A stretch of 64,000 bases of DNA. Origin: Eledone cirrhosa. Taxonomy: Eukaryota. The DNA lies in the NCBI GenBank assembly GCA_964016885.1, contig OZ024742.1, positions 235,786,001-235,850,000 on the forward strand, written 5' to 3'. The notes beneath the pieces are model-generated. The model saw nothing but the letters and a program-made list of their open reading frames with translations. It did not search any database and was not told the origin of the DNA. The translations under genes and the position numbers were made by a program. This document shows, piece after piece, positions 39,001 to 50,035 of this stretch (the first letter of the stretch is position 1; every line of letters begins with the position of its first letter).

Positions 39001-42000
39001 GTAGTGGTGGTGGTGTTGGTAGTGGTGATGGTGTTGGTAGTGGTGATGGTGTTGGTGTTGGTAGTGGTGATGGTGTTGGTAGTGGTGATGGTGTTGGTAG
39101 TGGTGATGGTGTTGGTAGTGGTGATGGTGTTGGTAGTGGTGATGGTGTTGGTTGTGGTGATGGTGATGGTAGAAGTGATGGTGTTGGTAGTGGTGATGGT
39201 GTTGGTTGTGGTGATGGTGTTGGTTGTGGTGATGGTGTTGGTAGTGGTGATGGTGTTGGTAGTGGTGGTGGTGTTGGTTGTGGTGATGGTGATGGTAGAA
39301 GTGATGGTGTTGGTAGTGGTGATGGTGTTGGTAGTGGTGATGGTGTTGGTTGTGGTGATGGTGTTGGTAGTGGTGATGGTGTTGGTAGTGGTGATGGTGT
39401 TGGTAGTGGTGGTGGTGTTGGTAGTGGTGATGGTGTTGGAAGTCGTGATGGTGTTGGTAGTGGTGATGGTGTTAGTAGTGGTGATGGTGTTGGTAGTGGT
39501 GATGGTGTTGGTAGTGGTGGAGGTGTTGGTAGTGGTGATGGTGTTGGTAGTGGTGATGGTGTTGGTAGTGGTGATGGTGTTGGTAGTGGTGATGGTGTTG
39601 GTAGTGGTGATGGTGGTGGTAGTGGTGATGGTGTTGGTTGTGGTGATGGTGTTGGTAGTGGTGATGGTGTTTGTAGTGGTGGAGGTGTTGGTAGTGGTGA
39701 TGGTGTTGGTACTGGTGATGGTGTTGTTTATGGTGATGGTGTTGGTAGTGGTGATGGTGTTGGTAGTGGTGGAGGTGTTGGTAGTGGTGATGGTGTTGGT
39801 AGTGGTGATGGTGTTGGTAGTGGTGGAGGTGTTGGTAGTGGTGATGGTGTTGGTACTGGTGATGGTGTTGGTTATGGTGATGGTGTTGGTAGTGGTGATG
39901 GTGTTGGTAGTGGTGGAGGTGTTGGTAGTGGTGATGGTGTTGGTAGTGGTGATGGTGTTGGTAGTGGTGGAGGTGTTGGTAGTGGTGATGGTGTTGGTAG
40001 TGGTGATGGTGATGGTAGTGGTGATGGTGTTGGTACTGGTGATGGTGTTGGTAGTGGTGATGGTGTTGGTTGTGGTGATGTTGTTGGTAGTGGTGATGGT
40101 GTTGGTAGTGGTGATGGTGTTGGTTATGGTGATGGTGTTGGTTGTGGTGATGGTGTTGGTTGTGGTGATGTTGTTGGTAGTGGTGATGGTGTTGGTAGTG
40201 GTGATGGTGTTGGTAGTGGTGATGGTGTTGGTAGTGGTGGTGGTGTTGGTAGTGGTGATGGTGTTGGTTATGGTGATGGTGTTGGTTGTGGTGATGGTGT
40301 TGGTAGTGGTGATGGTGTTGGTAGTGGTGGTGGTGTTGGTAGTGGTGATGGTGTTGGTAGTGGCGATGGTGTTGGTAGTGGTGATGGTGTTGGTAGTGGT
40401 GATGGTGTTGGTAGTGGTGATGGTGTTGGTAGTGGTGATGGTGTTGGTAGTGGTGATGGTGTTGGTAGTGGTGATGGTGTTGGTAGTGGTGATGGTGTTG
40501 GTTGTGGTGATGGTGTTGGTTGTGGTGATGGTGTTGGTAGTGGTGGTGGTGTTGGTAGTGGTGATGGTGTTGGTAGTGGTGGTGGTGTTGGTAGTGGTGA
40601 TGGTGTTGGTAGTGGTTGTGGTGTTGGTTGTGGTGATGGTGTTGGTTGTGGTGATGGTGTTGGTAGTGGTGGTGGTGTTGGTAGTGGTGATGGTGTTGGT
40701 AGTGGTGATGGTGTTTGGTAGTGGCGATGGTGTTGGTAGTGGTGATGGTGTTGGTAGTGGTGATGGTGTTGGTAGTGGTGATGGTGTTGGTAGTGGTGAT
40801 GGTGTTGGTAGTGGTGATGGTGTTGGTAGTGGTGATGGTGTTGGTGTTGGTAGTGGTGATGGTGTTGGTAGTGGTGATGGTGTTGGTAGTGGTGGTGGTG
40901 TTGGTAGTGGTGATGGTGTTGGTAGTGGTGATGGTGTTGGTGTTGGTAGTGGTGATGGTGTTGGTAGTGGTGATGGTGTTGGTAGTGGTGATGGTGTTGG
41001 TAGTGGTGATGGTGTTGGTAGTGGTGATGGTGTTGGTAGTGGTGGTGGTGTTGGTAGTGGTGATGGTGTTGGTAGTGGTGATGGTGTTGGTAGTGTCGAT
41101 GGTGTTGGTAGTGGTGATGGTGCTGGTAGTGGTGATGGTGTTGGTAGTGGTGATGGTGTTGGTAGTGGTGATGGTGTTGGTAGTGGTGATGGTGTTGGTA
41201 GTGGTGATGGTGTTGGTAGTGGTGATGGTGTTGGTAGTGGTGATGGTGTTGGTAGTGGTGATGGTGATGGTGTTGGTAGTGGTGATGGTGTTGGTGTTGG
41301 TAGTGGTGATGGTGTTGGTAGTGGTGATGGTGTTGGTAGTGGTGATGGTGTTGGTAGTGGTGATGGTGTTGGTAGTGGTGATGGTGTTGGTAGTGGTGAT
41401 GGTGTTGGTTGTGGTGATGGTGTTGGTAGTGGTGATGGTGTTGGTAGTGGTGGTGGTGTTGGTAGTGGTGATGGTGTTGGTAGTGGTTGTGGTGTTGGTT
41501 GTGGTGATGGTGTTGGTTGTGGTGATGGTGTTGGTAGTGGTGGTGGTGTTGTTAGTGGTGATGGTGTTGGTAGTGGTGATGGTGTTGGTAGTGGCGATGG
41601 TGTTGGTAGTGGTGATGGTGTTGGTAGTGGTGATGGTGTTGGTAGTGGTGATGGTGTTGGTAGTGGTGATGGTGTTGGTAGTGGTGATGGTGTTGGTAGT
41701 GGTGATGGTGTTGGTGTTGGTAGTGGTGATGGTGTTGGTAGTGGTGATGGTGTTGGTAGTGGTGGTGGTGTTGGTAGTGGTGATGGTGTTGGTAGTGGTG
41801 ATGGTGTTGGTGTTGGTAGTGGTGATGGTGTTGGTAGTGGTGATGGTGTTGGTAGTGGTGATGGTGTTGGTAGTGGTGATGGTGTTGGTAGTGGTGATGG
41901 TGTTGGTTGTGGTGATGGTGATGGTAGAAGTGATGGTGTTGGTAGTGGTGATGGTGTTGGTTGTGGTGATGGTGTTGGTTGTGGTGATGGTGTTGGTAGT

Positions 42001-44484
42001 GGTGATGGTGTTGGTAGTGGTGGTGGTGTTGGTTGTGGTGATGGTGATGGTAGAAGTGATGGTGTTGGTAGTGGTGATGGTGTTGGTAGTGGTGATGGTG
42101 TTGGTTGTGGTGATGGTGTTGGTAGTGGTGATGGTGTTGGTAGTGGTGATGGTGTTGGTAGTGGTGGTGGTGTTGGTAGTGGTGATGGTGTTGGAAGTCG
42201 TGATGGTGTTGGTAGTGGTGATGGTGTTAGTAGTGGTGATGGTGTTGGTAGTGGTGATGGTGTTGGTAGTGGTGGAGGTGTTGGTAGTGGTGATGGTGTT
42301 GGTAGTGGTGATGGTGTTGGTAGTGGTGATGGTGTTGGTAGTGGTGATGGTGTTGGTAGTGGTGATGGTGGTGGTAGTGGTGATGGTGTTGGTTGTGGTG
42401 ATGGTGTTGGTAGTGGTGATGGTGTTTGTAGTGGTGGAGGTGTTGGTAGTGGTGATGGTGTTGGTACTGGTGATGGTGTTGTTTATGGTGATGGTGTTGG
42501 TAGTGGTGATGGTGTTGGTAGTGGTGGAGGTGTTGGTAGTGGTGATGGTGTTGGTAGTGGTGATGGTGTTGGTAGTGGTGGAGGTGTTGGTAGTGGTGAT
42601 GGTGTTGGTACTGGTGATGGTGTTGGTTATGGTGATGGTGTTGGTAGTGGTGATGGTGTTGGTAGTGGTGGAGGTGTTGGTAGTGGTGATGGTGTTGGTA
42701 GTGGTGATGGTGTTGGTAGTGGTGGAGGTGTTGGTAGTGGTGATGGTGTTGGTAGTGGTGATGGTGATGGTAGTGGTGATGGTGTTGGTACTGGTGATGG
42801 TGTTGGTAGTGGTGATGGTGTTGGTTGTGGTGATGTTGTTGGTAGTGGTGATGGTGTTGGTAGTGGTGATGGTGTTGGTTATGGTGATGGTGTTGGTTGT
42901 GGTGATGGTGTTGGTTGTGGTGATGTTGTTGGTAGTGGTGATGGTGTTGGTAGTGGTGATGGTGTTGGTAGTGGTGATGGTGTTGGTAGTGGTGGTGGTG
43001 TTGGTAGTGGTGATGGTGTTGGTTATGGTGATGGTGTTGGTTGTGGTGATGGTGTTGGTAGTGGTGATGGTGTTGGTAGTGGTGGTGGTGTTGGTAGTGG
43101 TGATGGTGTTGGTAGTGGCGATGGTGTTGGTAGTGGTGATGGTGTTGGTAGTGGTGATGGTGTTGGTAGTGGTGATGGTGTTGGTAGTGGTGATGGTGTT
43201 GGTAGTGGTGATGGTGTTGGTAGTGGTGATGGTGTTGGTAGTGGTGATGGTGTTGGTTGTGGTGATGGTGTTGGTTGTGGTGATGGTGTTGGTAGTGGTG
43301 GTGGTGTTGGTAGTGGTGATGGTGTTGGTAGTGGTGGTGGTGTTGGTAGTGGTGATGGTGTTGGTAGTGGTTGTGGTGTTGGTTGTGGTGATGGTGTTGG
43401 TTGTGGTGATGGTGTTGGTAGTGGTGGTGGTGTTGGTAGTGGTGATGGTGTTGGTAGTGGTGATGGTGTTTGGTAGTGGCGATGGTGTTGGTAGTGGTGA
43501 TGGTGTTGGTAGTGGTGATGGTGTTGGTAGTGGTGATGGTGTTGGTAGTGGTGATGGTGTTGGTAGTGGTGATGGTGTTGGTAGTGGTGATGGTGTTGGT
43601 GTTGGTAGTGGTGATGGTGTTGGTAGTGGTGATGGTGTTGGTAGTGGTGGTGGTGTTGGTAGTGGTGATGGTGTTGGTAGTGGTGATGGTGTTGGTGTTG
43701 GTAGTGGTGATGGTGTTGGTAGTGGTGATGGTGTTGGTAGTGGTGATGGTGTTGGTAGTGGTGATGGTGTTGGTAGTGGTGATGGTGTTGGTAGTGGTGG
43801 TGGTGTTGGTAGTGGTGATGGTGTTGGTAGTGGTGATGGTGTTGGTAGTGTCGATGGTGTTGGTAGTGGTGATGGTGCTGGTAGTGGTGATGGTGTTGGT
43901 AGTGGTGATGGTGTTGGTAGTGGTGATGGTGTTGGTAGTGGTGATGGTGTTGGTGTTGGTAGTGGTGATGGTGTTGGTAGTGGTGATGGTGTTGGTAGTG
44001 GTGGTGGTGTTGGTAGTGGTGATGGTGTTGGTAGTGGTGATGGTGTTGGTGTTGGTAGTGGTGATGGTGTTGGTAGTGGTGATGGTGTTGGTAGTGGTGA
44101 TGGTGTTGGTAGTGGTGATGGTGTTGGTAGTGGTGATGGTGTTGGTGTTGGTAGTGGTGATGCTGTTGGTAGTGGTGATGGTGTTGGTTGTGGTGATGGT
44201 GTTGGTTGTGGTGATGGTGTTGGTAGTGGTGATGGTGTTGGTAGTGGTGATGGTGTTGGTAGTGGTGATGGTGTTGGTAGTGGTGATGGTGTTGGTAGTG
44301 GTGATGGTGTTGGTAGTGGTGATGGTGTTGGTTGTGGTGATGGTGTTGGTAGTGGTGATGGTGTTGGTAGTGGTGATGGTGTTGGTAGTGGTGATGGTGT
44401 TGGTAGTGGTGATGGTGTTGGTTGTGGTGATGGTGTTGGTAGTGGTGGTGGTGTTGGTAGTGGTGATGGTGTTGGTAGTGGTGA
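100..44484. repeat. 44-kb tandem array (satellite/megasatellite) of 18-bp unit GGTAGTGGTGATGGTGTT, roughly 2,450 copies
   Basis: Continuous 18-bp periodicity (6-aa period in the ORF track: [30 protein letters not shown]). Unique sequence flanks both ends inside the window. Recurrent variant units (TGT, ACT, TAT, AGAAGT, GGA, GGAAGTCGT) and 6-bp indels. Confidence 0.98.
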
Positions 44485-44563
44485 AGTAAGGAGCGAACAG
44501 TGACTTGTGCAATGGAAAGCTTTCTTTAATACTGAGGCCACTTGTGTTATATTATTTATGTAA

Positions 44564-44631
44564 CGATAAAATAAAGTACCAGTAATGCACTGGGTAATTG
44601 CTGGCCTTGTGCCAAACGTAGAAACAATTAT
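44564..44631 (+). mobile_element. 3' fragment of tRNA-derived SINE family 1
   Basis: CGATAAAATAAAGTACCAGTAATGCACTGGGTAATTGCTGGCCTTGTGCC...GTAGAAACAATTA matches the 3' ends of copies at 47033, 48155 and 58792. Confidence 0.8.
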
Positions 44632-44687
44632 TTATCTAACAGTAAGAGGAGAACAACTATGACACTGTAAAGATATCAATACAAATC

Positions 44688-44999
<312 letters not shown>

Positions 45000-45000
<1 letters not shown>

Positions 45001-45335
45001 ATAATGAAATGACAGGAGGCTGGACTTGTGTAAATCCTTGAAAGGTTTATTATACTATGACCATTTCAATGACCGGGTTCCGTCGAATACCTGATGATAT
45101 CACCGGATTCATACGGAACCCTGTCATTGAAATGATCATAGTATAATAAACCTTTCAAGGACTTACACAAGTCCAGCCTCCTGTCATTTCATTATAATAT
45201 TTAGCTCCGTAATAGCACCACCAACTACGAAAACAAAGACGGTTGAACTGCTTTACGTTGAGTACTCTCCATATTATTACATTGAGATTGACCATACGGA
45301 ATTGACCAGCTCTATCCAGTGGTGAACCTCAAACC

Positions 45336-45339
<4 letters not shown>
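45000..45339 (+). mobile_element. Foldback + tail element in (TA)n (family A), Penelope-like non-autonomous candidate
   Basis: Inverted repeat spanning 45000-45196, unique tail 45197-45339, (TA)n on both sides, internal hammerhead-like core. Confidence 0.65.
45087..45144 (+). ncRNA. Minimal type I hammerhead ribozyme-like motif (degenerate stem II)
   Basis: ATAC (stem I) - CTGATGA 45091-45097 - imperfect stem II - GAAA 45129-45132 - palindromic stem III ATGATCAT - A (AUA triplet, 45140) - GTAT (stem I). Confidence 0.55.
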
Positions 45340-45386
<47 letters not shown>

Positions 45387-45430
45387 TATATATATTATTT
45401 AGTGATTTTTATTGAAGGAAAGTTGACAAG

Positions 45431-45461
<31 letters not shown>

Positions 45462-45639
45462 TTATATAATATATATACATATATGTGTATATATAATATA
45501 TATATATATATGTGTGTGTGTGTATGTATGTATGTATATAATATATAATTTTATATATATATACATATATATACATATATATATATATACAAGTTGTAAA
45601 GGACTGCCTGAGTTTTGAACTCATTATTAATAGTATATA

Positions 45640-45700
<61 letters not shown>
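45340..45700. repeat. Interrupted (TA)n/(TG)n/(TATG)n microsatellite block
   Basis: Directly visible. Confidence 0.9.
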
Positions 45701-45703
<3 letters not shown>

Positions 45704-45930
45704 CAAGTATGACCCCGACGGCAAAGCTCAAGCCGTTTCCACTAAATAAGAATCTTTAGCCTGGTAAATAAATCAGGCTAAAAATTCTTATTTAGTCCAG
45801 AAATAGCCGTCGAAACGACTTGAGCTCTGCCGTCGGGGTCATACTTGTTCCTATTACCCACTCTACTACCCTAAGTATTGAGTACTTTATTGCGTTATGG
45901 TGCATCTGGTTCCTCACCACAATTCCTTCG

Positions 45931-45931
<1 letters not shown>
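45701..45931 (+). mobile_element. Foldback + tail element in (TA)n (family B, copy 1)
   Basis: Arms GAACAAGTATGACCCCGACGGC... / ...GCCGTCGGGGTCATACTTGTTC (45701-45850), inner hairpin ~45741-45796, tail 45851-45931. Homologous to 62806-62997. Confidence 0.75.
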
Positions 45932-45971
<40 letters not shown>

Positions 45972-45975
<4 letters not shown>

Positions 45976-46230
45976 GATAAATCTACCAAGAGTTTACGGT
46001 AGTGTCCAATCCGTATGAAGAACTCAATATAATCCGGATATCATGGAAAGAAGAGATGCATTCAAAAATCACTTTCGGTGAAAGATAAACGGAATACAGA
46101 GTCAAGATAAAATATAAAAAAAAATAATGAATAAAACAATGAAACAGTTCCTTATATTAAACAAAAAAAGTTCATTATTTAACGATCGTTTCTAGGACAT
46201 ATATGTGTTAGAATTGGTATGCATATTCAA
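45972..46230 (-). mobile_element. Probable 5'-truncated relative of the (TA)n-inserted elements
   Basis: Minus strand has GAAACGATCGT (GAAA plus palindromic stem III, 46182-46192). Its tail motif ATTGAG...CATACGGATTGGAC resembles family A ATTGAG...CATACGGAATTGAC. Ends in (TA)n. Confidence 0.35.
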
Positions 46231-46316
46231 CCGATCTATGTACAAAATTATCAAATATAATATACATACCAACACATACATATGCCGTCTTGAGAAATAA
46301 TGAAATATATTTTTTA

Positions 46317-46484
<168 letters not shown>

Positions 46485-46694
46485 CTCTCTATCTCTCTCT
46501 CTACTTAAATATTTATATAGATTGTTAGATATCTATAAGATATATATAGCTATACATACACATTAGGTGAATGTTTGTGACCTGTCAATGTACTAGTTTG
46601 TATGAAATCATAAGCTGTGTGAGAATGCGTATGTTTGTGTGTGTCAACTTTCCTTATATATATATACATTAATTTATCACTGTATACCAGGAGT

Positions 46695-46766
46695 GGCTCG
46701 TTGGTCTAGGGGAATGATTCTCGCTTTGGGTGCGAGAGGTCCCGGGTTCAAATCCCGGACGAGCCC
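46695..46766 (+). tRNA. tRNA-Pro-TGG: tRNA-Pro(TGG)
   Basis: GGCTCGTTGGTCTAGGGGAATGATTCTCGCTTTGGGTGCGAGAGGTCCCGGGTTCAAATCCCGGACGAGCCC: canonical 72-nt metazoan tRNA-Pro with one D-loop T>A change; T-run terminator downstream. Confidence 0.95.
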
Positions 46767-47032
46767 TATCATATTTCTTTTTTTAATGACTATATCATAC
46801 CTGAAGAAATCCTGTGAGCTGGAATGGCTGATGTTGCAGATAACACTTGCTGTTTTCCATTTTGTCCGCTAGACGCAGCTAAGATATTTACATTAACTGC
46901 ATTTGATTGTATATATATATAAGTATGTATACGTACATACATATATGTATACAGACATACAGTAGTATGTATATATATATACATACATGCACACATATAT
47001 ACATGTACGTATGGATTTACCGAACATTTATT

Positions 47033-47217
47033 ATTGGCAGTATCGGTAGAGGGTCGGACGCCATGCTTTGACGCATAGAGTTACGGTCCTTGCAATTCTG
47101 AGTTCAAATCCCGCCGAGGTTACCTTTGCCTTTCATCCTTTCGGGGTCGATAAAATAAAGTACCAGTAATACACTGCGTAATTGCTGGCCTTGTGCCAAA
47201 TGTATAAACATTTATTA
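47033..47217 (+). mobile_element. tRNA-derived SINE family 1 (octopus-type)
   Basis: A-box-like TGGCAGTATCGG, B box GAGTTCAAATCCC, body GCCGAGGTTACCTTTGCCTTTCATCCTTTCGGGGTCGATAAAATAAAGTACC. At least 6 related copies in the window. Confidence 0.85.
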
Positions 47218-47501
47218 TAATGCTCGATTTGTTTGTAAACAAACATCCCGGATTAAGCTGTACAGTGTTTAGCAACCATCGTTGCCCTTTTGTTCAACAC
47301 TGACAAAGGAATGATGTACTAGTTTCAAGCTTATTAGCTATCGTCAGCACCGTATACCTTCCTGCCAGATGATTGAACGTCTGAAAGTATATACTTTCCT
47401 TATGCATATTAACGGCTGAGCAGCCTAATTTGCATATCGAGTGAGAAATGAAATTTCGTTTCATTTTTTCCAGTTATCGTTTTCGGTGCGCCCGGCCGAT
47501 T

Positions 47502-47580
47502 AACTCAGAATGGCAAGGGCCGTAACTCTATGCGTCAAAGCATGCTGTCCGACCCTCTACCGATACTGCCAATCCACCGT
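47502..47580 (-). mobile_element. 5' part of SINE family 1, inverted
   Basis: Reverse complement matches 47033-47105 closely. Confidence 0.85.
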
Positions 47581-48154
47581 ATTCGACGATCACCTCTATT
47601 CAATAATAGCTACATATTTAATTTAATTTAACTTTAACATCAGTACTTCCTTTAAACATGCACCTACATTTTCTACCTAAGTATGACTATATCTAATTAG
47701 TTACCTCTACCACTTAATTTACCGTACTATTGAGGCAAATACGAATATGTAATATGTTACCTATTTATCATATCATATTCGTTGGGTCTGCGAAAATTGG
47801 GGATGTGCGTTAATCTATCGACCGGCAACAGGCGCTCCTCTGAATAACGCCCTGATCAAACAAACTTTCGTTCTATACATTGAGAGCTTGAAATTGATTA
47901 ATTAATAAATTTTCCCCTTCCTTCATTATTTGAATATACTCTCAGTCACTAGTAACCTATCTTCTTTGTATTTTGCAGGGATAAGGTGGACTGTTATATC
48001 AATCGAGCATGCAATTTCGTCCTTAATGCAAACAAATAAATATATATACGCATGAAATAGCTTTGCCCATCACTTTATCATTCAATAATGTACTTTCTAG
48101 AATCATGGTCATAGGAATGATATTAACAGCCTATGTTATATATCTCCTATTTCA

Positions 48155-48340
48155 CGTGGATTGGCAGTATCGGTAGAGAGTCGGACGCCATGCTTTCCAG
48201 CATAGCTACGTCCCTTTACGATCTGAGTTCAAATCCCGCCGAGGTTGACTTTGCCTTTCATCCTTACGGGGTCGATAAAATAAAGTACCAGTAATGCACT
48301 GGGTAATTGCTGGCCTTGTGCCTAAAGTAGAAACAATTAA
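48155..48340 (+). mobile_element. tRNA-derived SINE family 1
   Basis: Near full-length homologue of 47033-47217. Confidence 0.85.
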
Positions 48341-48552
48341 TTTCTTTAACGTAAATTTAGCAAATAATGTTTATAATCTTTTGACAATTTTATCTTTGTA
48401 AATTTTTTTAATTTTATAATTCTTGCAACCTTATAACCTTTATAATTCATTATACCTTATTTATAACTCTTATTCTTTTTTTCTTTATTATTATTTCTAT
48501 TTTATTATTATTTTATACAATTTACATATAGGTCTCTTCGACTCTATGTGGG

Positions 48553-48812
48553 GGCACGTGGCCTAGTGGTAAGGGTGTTGGAATTACGATCATAATATCG
48601 TGGGTTCGATTCCTGGGTTGCGTGTTGTGTTCTTGAGCAAAATACTTCATTTCACGTTGCTCCAGTATACGCAACTGAAAATGAGTACCAGCAATAGCAG
48701 GGGGTTTAACCCTGCGATGGACTGGCGTCATGTCCAGGGGGGATCTTGTTCTTTCAGTCGCTTCACGGCGAAATGAGCCTTCTGGCTTAAGACAGACTTT
48801 AGACTTAGACTT
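48553..48812 (+). mobile_element. tRNA-derived SINE family 2 (CORE-like central domain)
   Basis: A box TGGCCTAGTGG, B box GGTTCGATTCC, central TGTGTTCTTGAGCAAAATACTTCATTTCAC, CCCTGCGATGGACTGGCG motif, short tandem AGACTT tail. Confidence 0.75.
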
Positions 48813-48847
48813 CTACTCTATAGTAATTTAACACTTTAAGCCACTAC

Positions 48848-49249
48848 TGTTACGCTAGGCTGGCTTTCGGCCGATGTCCAATAGCACAGAGTCTGATCTC
48901 CGTGGCAAAGAATCATTGGATGTAACTAATGAATGGCATTTTGTAAGAACGGCAGTATTCCTGCCACCACTTAGCAACCCCCACCCCTCTATCATGCCTA
49001 CCAGCCCACAATGATGGCTATGTCTGCCGGGGCCGTGGGGCGGCCAGCACGTGGGACCCCATTTGCTCATAATACAGAGAAATGGGGAGAGGGCGAGAGA
49101 GATGGAGGCGATGACAGTGGTAGTTCGGCTCTTCTGTGTTCGGACCTGGTGTGCAGCGTCAGTTGTCCGTAGGGAGGTAGTGATTCATACATAAACATAT
49201 ATAAGTATTATATTGTATTTACATGCTGATATTAATTGATAGTGTAACA
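48848..49249. mobile_element. Possible solo LTR-like segment (402 bp)
   Basis: Starts TGTTACGCTA and ends TAGTGTAACA (9/10 inverted match, TG...CA), GC-richer than flanks. No target-site duplication seen. Confidence 0.35.
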
Positions 49250-49880
49250 TTCGAGGATCGTCTGCCTTAGCTATAACACTGAATTAGCAGGCTGTTCTCG
49301 AATTACATTTATTTTCTATTCTCTGTTTGTGTTCGACGTTATCCTGTCTTCTTAGTGAACTAATTCTGCAATTAACACCTAATCGGATGATAAGGCTGGG
49401 CCATCAAAATAGGTATAGTGCTTTCGCGGAATTAAAATTCTAATGTAAATTTCCAGTCTGACCTTCTGCACTACTCATGGGATACCACATCTATCATGGA
49501 TGATTTACATAACGCTGAGTTCTTTGTTAATTTGTCGCATCATCGTTTACCAACCGGAACCACCAGTTCTACCAATTGGTAAACACCCTAACATAAATGG
49601 TATATGTATATTCATTTTATTAAGCCTAAATAGTAAGTCTTAGTACTAGGTCCCTGGTTCAAATCTCGGGAGAACACGATTTTGAATCTTTAGTTTTACG
49701 GGATGAAAAGAGTACATGACATGGACTGGTCCATGTCTATTCACATGATCCTTTGTACCACCTTTCCACGTGACCTCATACCTCTCACTTTTTCTTCCGT
49801 CACAAGCTACAACGTATCTCATTAAATACAAGCTGACTGACTGTTTACGCTTAATCAACGGTCGTATACCCATAAAAGGA

Positions 49881-50035
49881 GGCGAAGTGGCAGAGTCGTT
49901 AGAACGTTGGATAGAATGTTTTATGGTATTAGTTCCGGTTCTCTGCTCTCCGAGTTCAATTCCCGCCGAGGTCATCTTTGCCTTTCGTCCTTTCGAGGTC
50001 GATAAAAAAGTACCCGTCTAGTACTGGAGTGGATT
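49881..50035 (+). mobile_element. Diverged SINE family 1-related copy
   Basis: TGGCAGAGTCGTTAG, GAGTTCAATTCCCGCCGAGGTCATCTTTGCCTTTCGTCCTTTCGAGGTCGATAAAAAAGTACC. Confidence 0.8.

Noticed and set aside
100-44484. CRISPR array or telomeric repeat
   Set aside because: No unique spacers and the context is eukaryotic. The unit is not TTAGGG-like, and the array is interstitial with unique flanks on both sides.
44486-44491. GTAAGG splice-donor-like site exactly at the array end
   Set aside because: No convincing acceptor or open frame at the other end of the array; a 6-mer match is weak evidence.
60-44503. Giant plus-strand ORFs (VVVMVL and GSGDGV repeats)
   Set aside because: Stop-free frames are an automatic result of the 18-bp unit. 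There are no non-repetitive domains, frameshifts recur, and the GSGDGV frame is preceded by an in-frame TAA near 86.
39472-44541. Mucin/extensin-like or His-rich protein on the minus strand ([18 protein letters not shown])
   Set aside because: Non-ATG starts, no signal peptide, and the frame switches at propagated 1-bp indels. Kept only as a low-interest hypothesis.
47960-48030. Possible host exon after TTTGTATTTTGCAG
   Set aside because: No recognisable coding content or donor site.
49649-49677. GGTCCCTGGTTCAAATCTCGGG as a tRNA gene
   Set aside because: Only a T-arm/B-box-like fragment; no D arm or acceptor stem.
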